A DNA stretch of 64,000 bases. Origin: an uncultured Candidatus Peribacteria bacterium. Lineage in GTDB: Bacteria; Patescibacteriota; Gracilibacteria; RBG-16-42-10. Numbering within the stretch: the first letter of the stretch is position 1; each line of letters opens with the position of its first letter. The position numbers and the translations under genes are program-made. The stretch spans positions 1-64,000 of the forward strand of contig CAZERA010000001.1 in NCBI GenBank assembly GCA_964514565.1. Reading direction: 5' to 3'. The notes beneath the pieces were generated by a model. The model worked only from the letters and a program-made list of their open reading frames with translations. It made no database searches and was not told where the DNA came from. Below, one piece after another: positions 1 to 9,122 of this stretch.

Positions 1-2612
1 TCACAGCTGATGCTCCTGGAGTCCGAAACGGCTTCGGTTCTGCTGCTATCGCTGGTGTTGGTGAAATGCATGTCCGTGCTACTGACAACCATATCGTTGC
101 TAGTTATCAACAACATCCAAGTGGTGCTACAGTGGCTATTGGTTCAGCTGGAATCACTCCAGTAAGTGGCTTTGCAACTATTGAATCATTTGTGTACGAC
201 GATGCAGGGGACCCATCATGTGGTGACACATTGGTTTACTCTATTCGTTCAGGTAATGGCAACCTAGAAAGCGCAGTACCAACTGCTCCTGCAAGTGCTA
301 CAGCAGTGCGTTCATTGACTCTTGCTGGTACAAGTCCTAGCTGTATCAATGGTCGTTATGTTGCTTACTTGAACATTTTGAACACTCAAAATTCAGGTAA
401 CGTAGTAGTACAAGTGCTCGATCGTTCTACAAGCCCATCTCTTATTACTACAGTCAATGTTCAAATTGACTTGGTAAAACTAGATGCAAAAGTATACGAC
501 AATAGCATCTTGACTCGTAATAGCCGTCAAATTACTGCAGGTACTGCTACTGAGCAAAACATTGCTCCAGTGATTATCAAGACTTTGGATGAGAACAACC
601 GTCCTTTCCAAGCCGGTAATCCTTTCACACATGGCGCTGCTAATCAGGTTGAATGTCGTTTAGTAAGTGGTGCTACTTCTAGCGCTCTTTTAGACGGTGT
701 TACTGATACAAACAGTGGTCCTCGCCTACGCGCAACTACAGTACACGCCGACTACATTACTGGTTCAGCTGGTCTCTACACAGTAAACGTTATTGCTGGT
801 AGTGCTAGTGGTACTTTGACAGTTGAGTGTCGTGATCTTGATGCAATTGGACAACCTTCAGTTCGCTTCAATGTTAACGTTCGCCAACCTCAAGTTGAGT
901 TGTTCGTTTCTAGCTCACGTGCTCGTGCCAGTACTTTGACCACAGTTATGGCTCGTATCCGTGACGGAAGCAAGCCAGTGAACGGTGAAGAACTACGCCT
1001 CCAAATTGATGGTGGTGACGGACGCGTCGGAGTAGGTGGTACTTATACTTATGGTGCAGCTGCAGAGAACAGCGCTACTATGGATCATATCTGTTACTAC
1101 CGAGGTCTTACTTCTGATAGCGTAATTTCAAGCAACTTGCTCAATGCCAATGGTGGTTCTGCTTTTGGTCAGGTAACCATTCGCGCATTTGCAGATCCTT
1201 GTACTACTAATGAAGTAGATTCTGGCTGGTACACAGCTAAGGTTTACATGCCATTAGATACAACAGAGCGTGATCAGACAATCAATCTTCGTGCAACTGA
1301 TCTTTCTCGTGCTGAACAACCTCAAGGTCAAGTTACTGTTGTAGCTACACGTGGTCTTCCAAGTGAGGCTCGTCAATTGACTGTTATGCCTATGTCACAA
1401 GAAGTAGGTATCAACCAAGACATCCCTACTATCATGTTTGTTCGTGATAGCCGTGGTTTCGGTCTTTCTTGTACAGCTTCTGGTGCTGTATCAGCATCAT
1501 CAGAAAATGCTAACGGTGAACCTCAGTTTGATGCTCTCAGTGGTTGTACTGATGCTCGTAATGGCATTCCTGCCAATACCGACGCATCTATTGGTATCAA
1601 TCGTATTAGTGGTGTTCCAGGCTTAGCTGGTTATCTTTCTGTTAATGCCTCTGCGAGTGAGAATGTTTATTTGTATGCTCGTAACACTGCTACTGCATAC
1701 TCTGGACAAGATCCTCAGAATTTCATTGTGAATAATCTTGGTGCTGGTGCTTACTTCATGGTTGCTCGTGCTAAAGATCGTGCTGACCGGGCTGAATGGA
1801 GAGTAGAATTACATGACTCAAGTGGAGTCGAGCTCCAAGCTCCTTTAGTCCAAGTCAACATCGTGCCAAACCGCATTACTACTGAATTCAATTTCTCTAG
1901 TACTATTCCTGATTGGAACAATACTTTGATCGCATTCGTGCGTGATCAAAATAATGATCCTGTTACTACTCTGAATGCACAACGTGCTGGTGGTACATTC
2001 CCAACCAACAACTTCACTGACTTTGCGGTCACACGCTCTGGTTCTGATGTTGCTGATATTCAGCCTTTAGACAATATTGACCTTATCGCTGCTGGTCCTG
2101 CGAGAGATCTTCTCCATGACACTGTGACAAGTCCTAGTGTTGTTGATGGTGTAGGTAGTGGTCTCTATCTCTTCAATGTAGATACAATCAATTCAGCTGC
2201 TGTAGGAACTGTTTCAATCAAGGTTAGCTTGAATCAAGCTACCAACCCTGAAAGTACAGCTAGCTACCGTATCCAAGATCCTACTTTATCATTTGACGCT
2301 TGGCCAAATCGTTTGAGTTCATCAAATGTAGTGCCTTTGACTGTTATCGTTCGCGATGACCAAGGAACTCCTTTGACCCTCGACTCACTTCCTTTGGTAC
2401 AAACTGAAGTAGTGCGTGGTAGTGGTAATCTCGAAGGTACCAATGTTGCTTCACCTAGCAGCGGCCTCCGCGTTGACCTTACCAACACCACTGACGGTGT
2501 ATTCGTAGGAAGCTATAAAGCATCTTCAGTCACTGAAGGTGTCGACCTAGTTGCTCGTCTCAACGCTATCAGCTCTCGTGCTGAACAACGTTTGACTCTC
2601 AATGTTAACTAG
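1..2612 (+). CDS. Large secreted/surface protein with repeated beta-rich (Ig/invasin-like) domains, 5'-truncated by window edge
   Basis: Frame is open from position 3 (TADAPGVRNGFG...) to TAG at 2612; Thr/Ser/Val/Gly-rich beta-strand pattern with recurring 'xxxVRDxxxxPV' and 'G.Y' motifs; paired Cys. Confidence 0.6.
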   Translation, partial: TADAPGVRNGFGSAAIAGVGEMHVRATDNHIVASYQQHPSGATVAIGSAGITPVSGFATIESFVYDDAGDPSCGDTLVYSIRSGNGNLESAVPTAPASATAVRSLTLAGTSPSCINGRYVAYLNILNTQNSGNVVVQVLDRSTSPSLITTVNVQIDLVKLDAKVYDNSILTRNSRQITAGTATEQNIAPVIIKTLDENNRPFQAGNPFTHGAANQVECRLVSGATSSALLDGVTDTNSGPRLRATTVHADYITGSAGLYTVNVIAGSASGTLTVECRDLDAIGQPSVRFNVNVRQPQVELFVSSSRARASTLTTVMARIRDGSKPVNGEELRLQIDGGDGRVGVGGTYTYGAAAENSATMDHICYYRGLTSDSVISSNLLNANGGSAFGQVTIRAFADPCTTNEVDSGWYTAKVYMPLDTTERDQTINLRATDLSRAEQPQGQVTVVATRGLPSEARQLTVMPMSQEVGINQDIPTIMFVRDSRGFGLSCTASGAVSASSENANGEPQFDALSGCTDARNGIPANTDASIGINRISGVPGLAGYLSVNASASENVYLYARNTATAYSGQDPQNFIVNNLGAGAYFMVARAKDRADRAEWRVELHDSSGVELQAPLVQVNIVPNRITTEFNFSSTIPDWNNTLIAFVRDQNNDPVTTLNAQRAGGTFPTNNFTDFAVTRSGSDVADIQPLDNIDLIAAGPARDLLHDTVTSPSVVDGVGSGLYLFNVDTINSAAVGTVSIKVSLNQATNPESTASYRIQDPTLSFDAWPNRLSSSNVVPLTVIVRDDQGTPLTLDSLPLVQTEVVRGSGNLEGTNVASPSSGLRVDLTNTTDGVFVGSYKASSVTEGVDLVARLNAISSRAEQRLTLNVN

Positions 2613-2639
2613 TGGTTACTAGTCGACATACGTAATTTT

Positions 2640-2677
2640 AAAAGCCGCTTCTCTAGCAATAGGGGGCGGCTTTTTTT
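2640..2677 (+). terminator. Rho-independent terminator
   Basis: AAAAGCCGCTTCTCTA-GCAA-TAGGGGGCGGC followed by T-tract, just after the surface-protein stop. Confidence 0.8.
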
Positions 2678-2737
2678 GTTGGCAAATAGTTTGATTATGG
2701 CGGCTTACTTTCCAAAAACCATCTTTTGTTTGGCTGA

Positions 2738-2873
2738 TGAGGTAAGAAGTAAAAGGGAAGAATGAAGAAGTATATAAACAGAGTATTAGTTCCCTGGAAT
2801 TCAGATCCGCAATCGCGGACACCCAGCCCATACATCTCTTACTTCTTACTTCTTCCATCTTACTTTTTACCTC
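2738..2873. repeat. Dispersed intergenic element, copy A (heptamer-repeat inverted arms, internal palindrome)
   Basis: Left arm GGTAAGA-AGTAAAA-GGGAAGA-ATGAAGA; right arm TCTTACT-TCTTACT-TCTTCCA-TCTTACT-TTTTACC; internal TCCGC-AATC-GCGGA at 2806-2819. Confidence 0.75.
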
Positions 2874-2911
2874 CCAAGTGTTATGCTAAAAACATACGCC
2901 TAAAGAAAAAC

Positions 2912-3757
2912 ATGTTGTACTTAATCAACAAACCAAGCGGTATCTCATCTCACGATGTCATCTACAAAATGCGCAAAGCGCTTGGCATCAAGAGAATCGG
3001 CCACGCTGGCACACTGGACCCTTTGGCCTCAGGGCTCATGATTGTCGCTACTGGTACAGATACTAAATTATTGGAGTATGTGGTTGGTTTAGATAAACGC
3101 TATACCTGCACGGCTCAGATGGGGGGTGTTTCCAGTACGTACGATAGTGAAGGAGAAATTATTCAAAATGTGAATGTGACTATTCCGACAAACCAAGATG
3201 TCAAAAGAGTAGTACAAGAGTTTACTGGAGACATAGAACAAACACCTCCCCAACACTCAGCAGTAAAGATTCAAGGGCGTAAAGCTTATGAGTATGCGCG
3301 TGAAGGTCAAACAGTCAAAATCCCCTCTCGGATGATTAGTATTTATAGTATCGAGATTGAAAAGTATGAATATCCAAATCTAGCTATCACTACGCATGTC
3401 AGTTCAGGTACATATATTCGAACTCTGATCCATGATATTGGCCAACGACTCAACTGTGGCGCCTATATCACCAAACTAGAACGGACTAGTGTCGGCAATT
3501 GTAGACTAGAAGATGCTATCCAGTTGAGTGAATTAACACCTGACAGTCCCAGTATTGCCTTTGATAAAGTGATTCCTGGCTTTGATACCCATCAGCTCAG
3601 TAATGATGAGTATAGCAAAATAAAAATGGGCCAAAGCATTGATACCGCCAAAAAGTTTACTAGCAAGTTAGTACTCGGTACTTTGGACGACCAAATTGTA
3701 ACAATACTCAGATTCGAAGAAGCGGGAGCAAGACTAAAGCCCCATAAAAACTTATAA
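2912..3757 (+). CDS. truB: tRNA pseudouridine(55) synthase
   Basis: NKPSGISSHD, IGHAGTLDPLASG, QTPPQHSAVKIQG, SSGTYIRTL motifs; start placed at ATG 2912 because the upstream extension runs through the repeat element. Confidence 0.95.
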   Translation: MLYLINKPSGISSHDVIYKMRKALGIKRIGHAGTLDPLASGLMIVATGTDTKLLEYVVGLDKRYTCTAQMGGVSSTYDSEGEIIQNVNVTIPTNQDVKRVVQEFTGDIEQTPPQHSAVKIQGRKAYEYAREGQTVKIPSRMISIYSIEIEKYEYPNLAITTHVSSGTYIRTLIHDIGQRLNCGAYITKLERTSVGNCRLEDAIQLSELTPDSPSIAFDKVIPGFDTHQLSNDEYSKIKMGQSIDTAKKFTSKLVLGTLDDQIVTILRFEEAGARLKPHKNL

Positions 3758-3841
3758 GTAATCGCTCGGGAAGATGACAACAGTAGCTATCCCTGCTAAT
3801 AATAGTGTCGTCTACCATGTTTATCGAAGTATCAAAAGATT

Positions 3842-4708
3842 ATGAAGCAGATTATTCTACTTTATTATAAATACACACCAGTCGCTGATCCACATGAGCT
3901 CATGCGTGCTCAGAAATCATTGTGTAATCAACTCCACCTCAAAGGCCGCATTATTATTGCCCATGAAGGTATCAATGGCACCGTATCAGGAACGCAAGAA
4001 GCGACTGATGAATATATCGCCACTATGCATTCTATGCCGGCCTTTGCAGATATGGAATTCAAATTGGGTAATGACAGCTCCCCAGCTTTTCCCAAGATGA
4101 GTATCAAGGTGCGAGACGAAATTGTTTCGCTCAAAGCGCCAATCCAAATCGATATGGCTATGACTGGCACTTATCTAGAACCGGATCAGTTACACGAGCT
4201 GTTACAAAACGACCCCAATGTGGTGATAGTCGATGCCCGCAACAATTATGAGTCCAAAATCGGCAAATTTACAAATGCGATTACACCTGATATCGAAAAC
4301 TTTCGCGACTGGCCAAAAGCGGTACAAGACCTAGAGCAATTCAAAGATAAAAAAGTAGTGACCTATTGTACTGGCGGTATTCGTTGTGAAAAGGCTTCTG
4401 CTTACTTACGCCAACAAGGCTTCAAGAATGTCTACCAACTCCATGGTGGTATTATCAAATATATTGAGAAACATAACGAAGGCTTTGATGGTCACTGCTA
4501 TGTATTCGACAAACGCATCTCAGTCAAAGCAAACGACACTATCATCTCTGAGTGCGAGCATTGTGGTATCAAAACCGCTCGATACATCAATTGTATTGAT
4601 GATATCTGTCACCGTCAGTTTGTTTGTTGTGAAGCCTGTGATGAGAAAAATCAAAGTTATTGTCACCCCACATTGCATAGGGCTCCAGCGCCTGTTGCTA
4701 CAGCTTAA
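3842..4708 (+). CDS. trhO: Rhodanese-domain tRNA uridine(34) hydroxylase (UPF0176/YceA)
   Basis: LKGRIIIAHEGINGT, DARNNYE..IGKF, YCTGGIRCEKAS, C-terminal Cys cluster. Confidence 0.9.
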   Translation: MKQIILLYYKYTPVADPHELMRAQKSLCNQLHLKGRIIIAHEGINGTVSGTQEATDEYIATMHSMPAFADMEFKLGNDSSPAFPKMSIKVRDEIVSLKAPIQIDMAMTGTYLEPDQLHELLQNDPNVVIVDARNNYESKIGKFTNAITPDIENFRDWPKAVQDLEQFKDKKVVTYCTGGIRCEKASAYLRQQGFKNVYQLHGGIIKYIEKHNEGFDGHCYVFDKRISVKANDTIISECEHCGIKTARYINCIDDICHRQFVCCEACDEKNQSYCHPTLHRAPAPVATA

Positions 4709-4717
4709 TATCTATTC

Positions 4718-5803
4718 ATGAAAATCGCTTTTGTTGTTGACCATTTCCAGGGCAAAGGCGGGGCTGAAAGATTGGAGATGATCTTGGCTGAAAAACTTGA
4801 TGCTGATGTCTATACAGGCTATGTGCTCAATGAAAGTTTCAATCTTGCTCATTTGCGAGTGAAGACCGTATTTGAACGAATGGATAGACCACTAGTCCGT
4901 TACTTTTACCAAAGACAAGCATTCCAAAAAATTACGCCAGATTTAGCTAAGTATGATTTAGTGATTTACTTTGGCAACTGTTTAGATAGCGCTCCTCTTT
5001 TACCAAAAGCAGTCACTAAAATCCTCTACTGCCACACTCCTCCTCGGCATGTATATGCGGATCGAGATTACTATTTACGTAAATTCCCTTGGTATATTCA
5101 GCCATTTTACCGGTTCTATACATGGATGTACCGTAGAAACTATGAGCATTTGCTGAAATATATGGATTTTATTATCAGCAACTCTCAAAATATTCAACAA
5201 AAACTGAAAAACTATACGGGTCATGATAGTACTATCGTCTATCCACCTTGTAATATTCATCGTTTCCAGTGGCAAAACCAAGGTGACTACTACCTATCAT
5301 TTGGCAGACTAGAAGAGGTCAAAAGAGTAGATTTAATTGTAGAAGCATTTACTAAAATGCCTGACAAAAAGCTGATTGTGGCTTCGGGTGGACCTGAATT
5401 AAAAAAGATTCAAAAAATTGCCGCAGGATTTCCTAATATTGTGATCAAAGGATGGGTATCTGAAGAAGAGATCGTAGAATTAGTAGGCAACTGTATTGCT
5501 TCAATTTACGTTTCTATGGATGAAGATTTTGGTATGGGCATTACTGAATCTTTATCAGCAGGAAAACCTGTCATCGCCAGCAACGAAGGCGCATTCCCGG
5601 AAATCATGACCAAAGAAACTGGCATACTTCTAGATAAAACTACCGTAGAAGACATTGTTGCTGCTGTACAAGTACTGACTCCAGAGAACGCCCTGAATCT
5701 TAAAGAGGCATGCATTAAGCGGGCAGTGAAATTCAGTGAAGAAAGTTTTTTCCAAGGTATTAACGATATCATCAAAAAATATGAAAACAGCGATCATTCA
5801 TGA
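4718..5803 (+). CDS. GT4 family glycosyltransferase
   Basis: GGAER, YCHTPPR, GRLEEVKRVD, EDFGM..E...GKPVI motifs. Confidence 0.9.
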   Translation: MKIAFVVDHFQGKGGAERLEMILAEKLDADVYTGYVLNESFNLAHLRVKTVFERMDRPLVRYFYQRQAFQKITPDLAKYDLVIYFGNCLDSAPLLPKAVTKILYCHTPPRHVYADRDYYLRKFPWYIQPFYRFYTWMYRRNYEHLLKYMDFIISNSQNIQQKLKNYTGHDSTIVYPPCNIHRFQWQNQGDYYLSFGRLEEVKRVDLIVEAFTKMPDKKLIVASGGPELKKIQKIAAGFPNIVIKGWVSEEEIVELVGNCIASIYVSMDEDFGMGITESLSAGKPVIASNEGAFPEIMTKETGILLDKTTVEDIVAAVQVLTPENALNLKEACIKRAVKFSEESFFQGINDIIKKYENSDHS

Positions 5804-6854
5804 TTATTTTTTATCAAAGAGTGGGGGTGACCGAATGATGCTTTTGCTCGCAGAGCATTTTGATGCAGACATTGTCACTTGGTTCGCTACCGACAAAACA
5901 TTCGACTTGAGTCATATGCGCGTACGTCAGTTGGGTAAACCAATTTTGATGCCAGGTATTAGACATTTCTGGCAGAATATTTTGTTTCGCTTTGGTACCA
6001 GGTTTTTGAAGGATTATGATGTAGTGATTTTTTCAGGTAATTCTCTTTCGGCAGTCAAAAACGTAAAAGGCAAACGCATACTCTATTGCCACACTCCTCC
6101 CCGCTACGCCTTCGACCAGCTTGATAATTATAGCAAACGTTTCCCTAGTTTTATGCGACCATTGTTTCGCATGGGAGTAAGCATCATTCAAAAGTCATTT
6201 GAGAAAAATCTACGCGCCATGGATGTGGTAATTGCCAATTCAGCCACGGTAGCAAAACGACTGAAAGATTATTTTAATATCGAAGTGCCCATCGTCTATC
6301 CACCGTGTGACATTATTGCCAATCGCAATTTAGAACGAAAACCACAAGATTATTTCATTAGCTGGGCCCGACTAGAACCAATGAAAAGAATCGATGTTTT
6401 GATCGAAGCATTTAAACAAAGACCCAATCGAAAATTAGTAATTGCTTCTCACGGTAGTCTCAAAGAAAAATTGATCGAACAAGCAAAAGGATATCCCAAC
6501 ATCAGCTTTGTTGGTTTGATTTCAGATGACGAACTATCGCAGTCATTAGCAGGAGCTTTGGCCAGTATCTACATCCCAATCAATGAAGATTTTGGTATGA
6601 CCCCATTGGAATCAATGGCGGCAGGTACCCCTACGATCGGTGTACGTGAAGGCGGATTACTAGAAACGATCGACCACATGAAGAATGGTTATCTGTGTCC
6701 TGCAAACCCCACACCAGAAGACATCCTCAAAGCCATCGACACCTTCACACCTGAGCTTTCTCTCAGTATGGAAACAGCCTGCAAAGAACAATCCAAAAAG
6801 TTCAGCAAAGAAAGATTCCTCACTGCAATGGATAAAATTGTTCTAGGCAAATAA
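5781..6854 (+). CDS. GT4 family glycosyltransferase (tandem paralog)
   Basis: GGDR, YCHTPPR, ARLEPMKRID, EDFGMTPLESMAAG; start at ATG 5781 overlaps the upstream gene end. Confidence 0.9.
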   Translation: MKTAIIHDYFLSKSGGDRMMLLLAEHFDADIVTWFATDKTFDLSHMRVRQLGKPILMPGIRHFWQNILFRFGTRFLKDYDVVIFSGNSLSAVKNVKGKRILYCHTPPRYAFDQLDNYSKRFPSFMRPLFRMGVSIIQKSFEKNLRAMDVVIANSATVAKRLKDYFNIEVPIVYPPCDIIANRNLERKPQDYFISWARLEPMKRIDVLIEAFKQRPNRKLVIASHGSLKEKLIEQAKGYPNISFVGLISDDELSQSLAGALASIYIPINEDFGMTPLESMAAGTPTIGVREGGLLETIDHMKNGYLCPANPTPEDILKAIDTFTPELSLSMETACKEQSKKFSKERFLTAMDKIVLGK

Positions 6855-6907
6855 AAAACAGCTTGGAGTAAAAATATTCTTTCCTCCAAACTGTTAATTG
6901 TAAATTG

Positions 6908-8953
6908 TTAACTAAACAGCGGGAACTCTTTAGTTAGGCTTTCCACTGCTTTCTTTTCACCAAAAACTAGAACACCAAGGAAGCCAATATCTTCTAGCTT
7001 CTTCGCTTCTTGTTTTTCTTTTACCTTCTCATCATTGCTACTTTCACGCATCTCTTCAGTGAAACAAGTCACGACTAAGTCTTGCGCTTCAGCAAGCTTC
7101 TTGAGATTAATTAAATCTGCTTTTTGGCCAGTTGATTTCATCATAATCGCGTGCTGAATATTCATCGGAATATGTTCGCCATCACTGGTAGTAGAATGAT
7201 CAATATAGATCAATTTCTGCCCCTCCCGAGCGCCTAGTGAAGCTGATAAATGAGCTGCGGCATTAAGCTTTGACCACATTGGGATATCTGTAGTATTGAG
7301 AATAACTGCATGCGCTACCATCGTTTTTTTTGATTTAGCATTAGCACTATCTTGGCTACGGATGTGAGGGAATGTCACACATTCACGAATATGTTTGCCT
7401 AGTAAAAATGATACGAAACGCTCACTAGTACCAAAACCAGCCATTGGAGGCATACCGTATTCCATTGCTTCTACATACTTGGTATCCATGAACTGTGCTT
7501 CTTCATTGCCTGCATCACGGGCTTGTTGCTGTTGAGAGAAGCGCCCAAACTGATCGATCGGATCATTGAGCTCACTAAATGCTTTGCCTAGCTCTGCTCC
7601 TCCAGCTACCACCTGAAAACGTTGCGTTAGCTGAGGATGTTCAGGATCACGTTTTGCTAGTGGTTCTAACTCTACTGGTGGCAAAATCAAGAAAAAAGGA
7701 TGAACTGTATTTACACGTGCTTTCTTCCATAGTTTATCCAATACAGTGGCCATGCCCATCGAGGGATCGAGGTCCTCAATACCAACACTCTTTGCTAATA
7801 CACAAAGCTCTTCAATACTTTTACCTTCGGTATCAATCTTGCCTTCAGAAAAATAACGAACCGCTTCAAAGTAAGGAATCTTTGGCCATCCACCAACTAA
7901 TTCCCAACCATTCTTTTGTGCTTCGTCAGTACTACACCATTCTCCCCAGTTAATAGTACGACCATGGTAATCAACTTGAGTCATAGTACCGAGCAGTTCA
8001 TTCACTACCCGTTGATACACACGTTTAGAAAACGTCATTGCCCATTCATAATCACGATAAGCGATATACCACTCGATCTGTGTATATTCCTGAAGATGCT
8101 GTGGACTAGATCCTTCATTGCGAAAAATACGTCCAATCTCATAAACAGCTTCAAATCCACCAGCAATCAGTTTCTTGAGTGGCAATTCCAAAGAAATGCG
8201 TAAATACATTTCTTGATCGAGTTCATTATAAAAAGTAGTAAATGGCTTCGCTTCTGCCCCACCAGGTACGGCTTCAAATACTGGACACTCTACTTCTAGA
8301 AATCCCTCCTTGGCCATTTCTTCACGCCAAATCGCCCAATACCGGGCTTTCATTTTGACTACATCACGCACAGATCGCTCAGCTTCATCCTTGGTATTCA
8401 TCTTGAAATCTGCCACCCGATTCATGTAGCGAGATTCAATATGTTCATATTCCATTTTGTCTGGCAATGGACGAAGTGCTTTAGTCAAAATCAAATAACT
8501 AGTGACAAAAATACTTGGTTCACCTGTTTGAGAACGCTCTAAGTATCCCGTTAGTTGGAGATAATCCCCTTCATCAATCAAAGTTTTGAAATCAGCATAG
8601 CTAAGTGCTGCTGTATCTGGAGGCAACATATCTAGCTTGAATACTGCCTGAAAACCAGTTGGTAAACTTTCATCTTCAATCTGAGCAAAAGCAATTTTAC
8701 CGCTGAGACGTTTAGACTTTACTCGTCCAATCACAGTAAAAGACTTCGAAGTATTACCAACTAAATCACTAGTACTAACATCAAATAATTGTTTGGTTTC
8801 AGCCAAGGTGGCATCACGATGGCTCTTTACTGGATAAGGATCAACTCCCTTTGCTTTGAGCGCGTCGAGCTTATCAATACGTAGTTTCCTTTGTGATTCG
8901 AGAGAGGAATAGGAGTCGGCTGGATGCGCTTTTTGTGGCTGATTATTGTCCAT
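6908..8953 (-). CDS. lysS: Class II lysyl-tRNA synthetase with C-terminal DUF2000 (PTH2-like) extension
   Basis: OB-fold N-terminus, PGGAEAKPF, YLRISLEL.LKKL, IGRIFRNEG, ELNDPIDQ, EYGMPP..GFG; ~138 extra C-terminal residues. Confidence 0.9.
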   Translation of the reverse strand: MDNNQPQKAHPADSYSSLESQRKLRIDKLDALKAKGVDPYPVKSHRDATLAETKQLFDVSTSDLVGNTSKSFTVIGRVKSKRLSGKIAFAQIEDESLPTGFQAVFKLDMLPPDTAALSYADFKTLIDEGDYLQLTGYLERSQTGEPSIFVTSYLILTKALRPLPDKMEYEHIESRYMNRVADFKMNTKDEAERSVRDVVKMKARYWAIWREEMAKEGFLEVECPVFEAVPGGAEAKPFTTFYNELDQEMYLRISLELPLKKLIAGGFEAVYEIGRIFRNEGSSPQHLQEYTQIEWYIAYRDYEWAMTFSKRVYQRVVNELLGTMTQVDYHGRTINWGEWCSTDEAQKNGWELVGGWPKIPYFEAVRYFSEGKIDTEGKSIEELCVLAKSVGIEDLDPSMGMATVLDKLWKKARVNTVHPFFLILPPVELEPLAKRDPEHPQLTQRFQVVAGGAELGKAFSELNDPIDQFGRFSQQQQARDAGNEEAQFMDTKYVEAMEYGMPPMAGFGTSERFVSFLLGKHIRECVTFPHIRSQDSANAKSKKTMVAHAVILNTTDIPMWSKLNAAAHLSASLGAREGQKLIYIDHSTTSDGEHIPMNIQHAIMMKSTGQKADLINLKKLAEAQDLVVTCFTEEMRESSNDEKVKEKQEAKKLEDIGFLGVLVFGEKKAVESLTKEFPLFS

Positions 8954-9122
8954 AATAATGATGAAAATGACCGGAAGACAGTGGCAATATAAAGCATAAC
9001 TTCATGACATGCCATTCTTTCCAGCAAGCTTGAGTAACAATTATGGATTTGCTCCGTATTAGAAGTAAAGGTAATGTGTTCACGATGACTTTATTATGCC
9101 TTTTCTTAATAACCATTTCTCT

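Noticed and set aside
2619..2911. ORF 2619-2858 and the N-terminal extensions of truB and fba (YFLLLPSYFLPPKC / LHFLPFTSYFFPPKC)
   Set aside because: These are translations of the heptamer-repeat element, not real coding sequence
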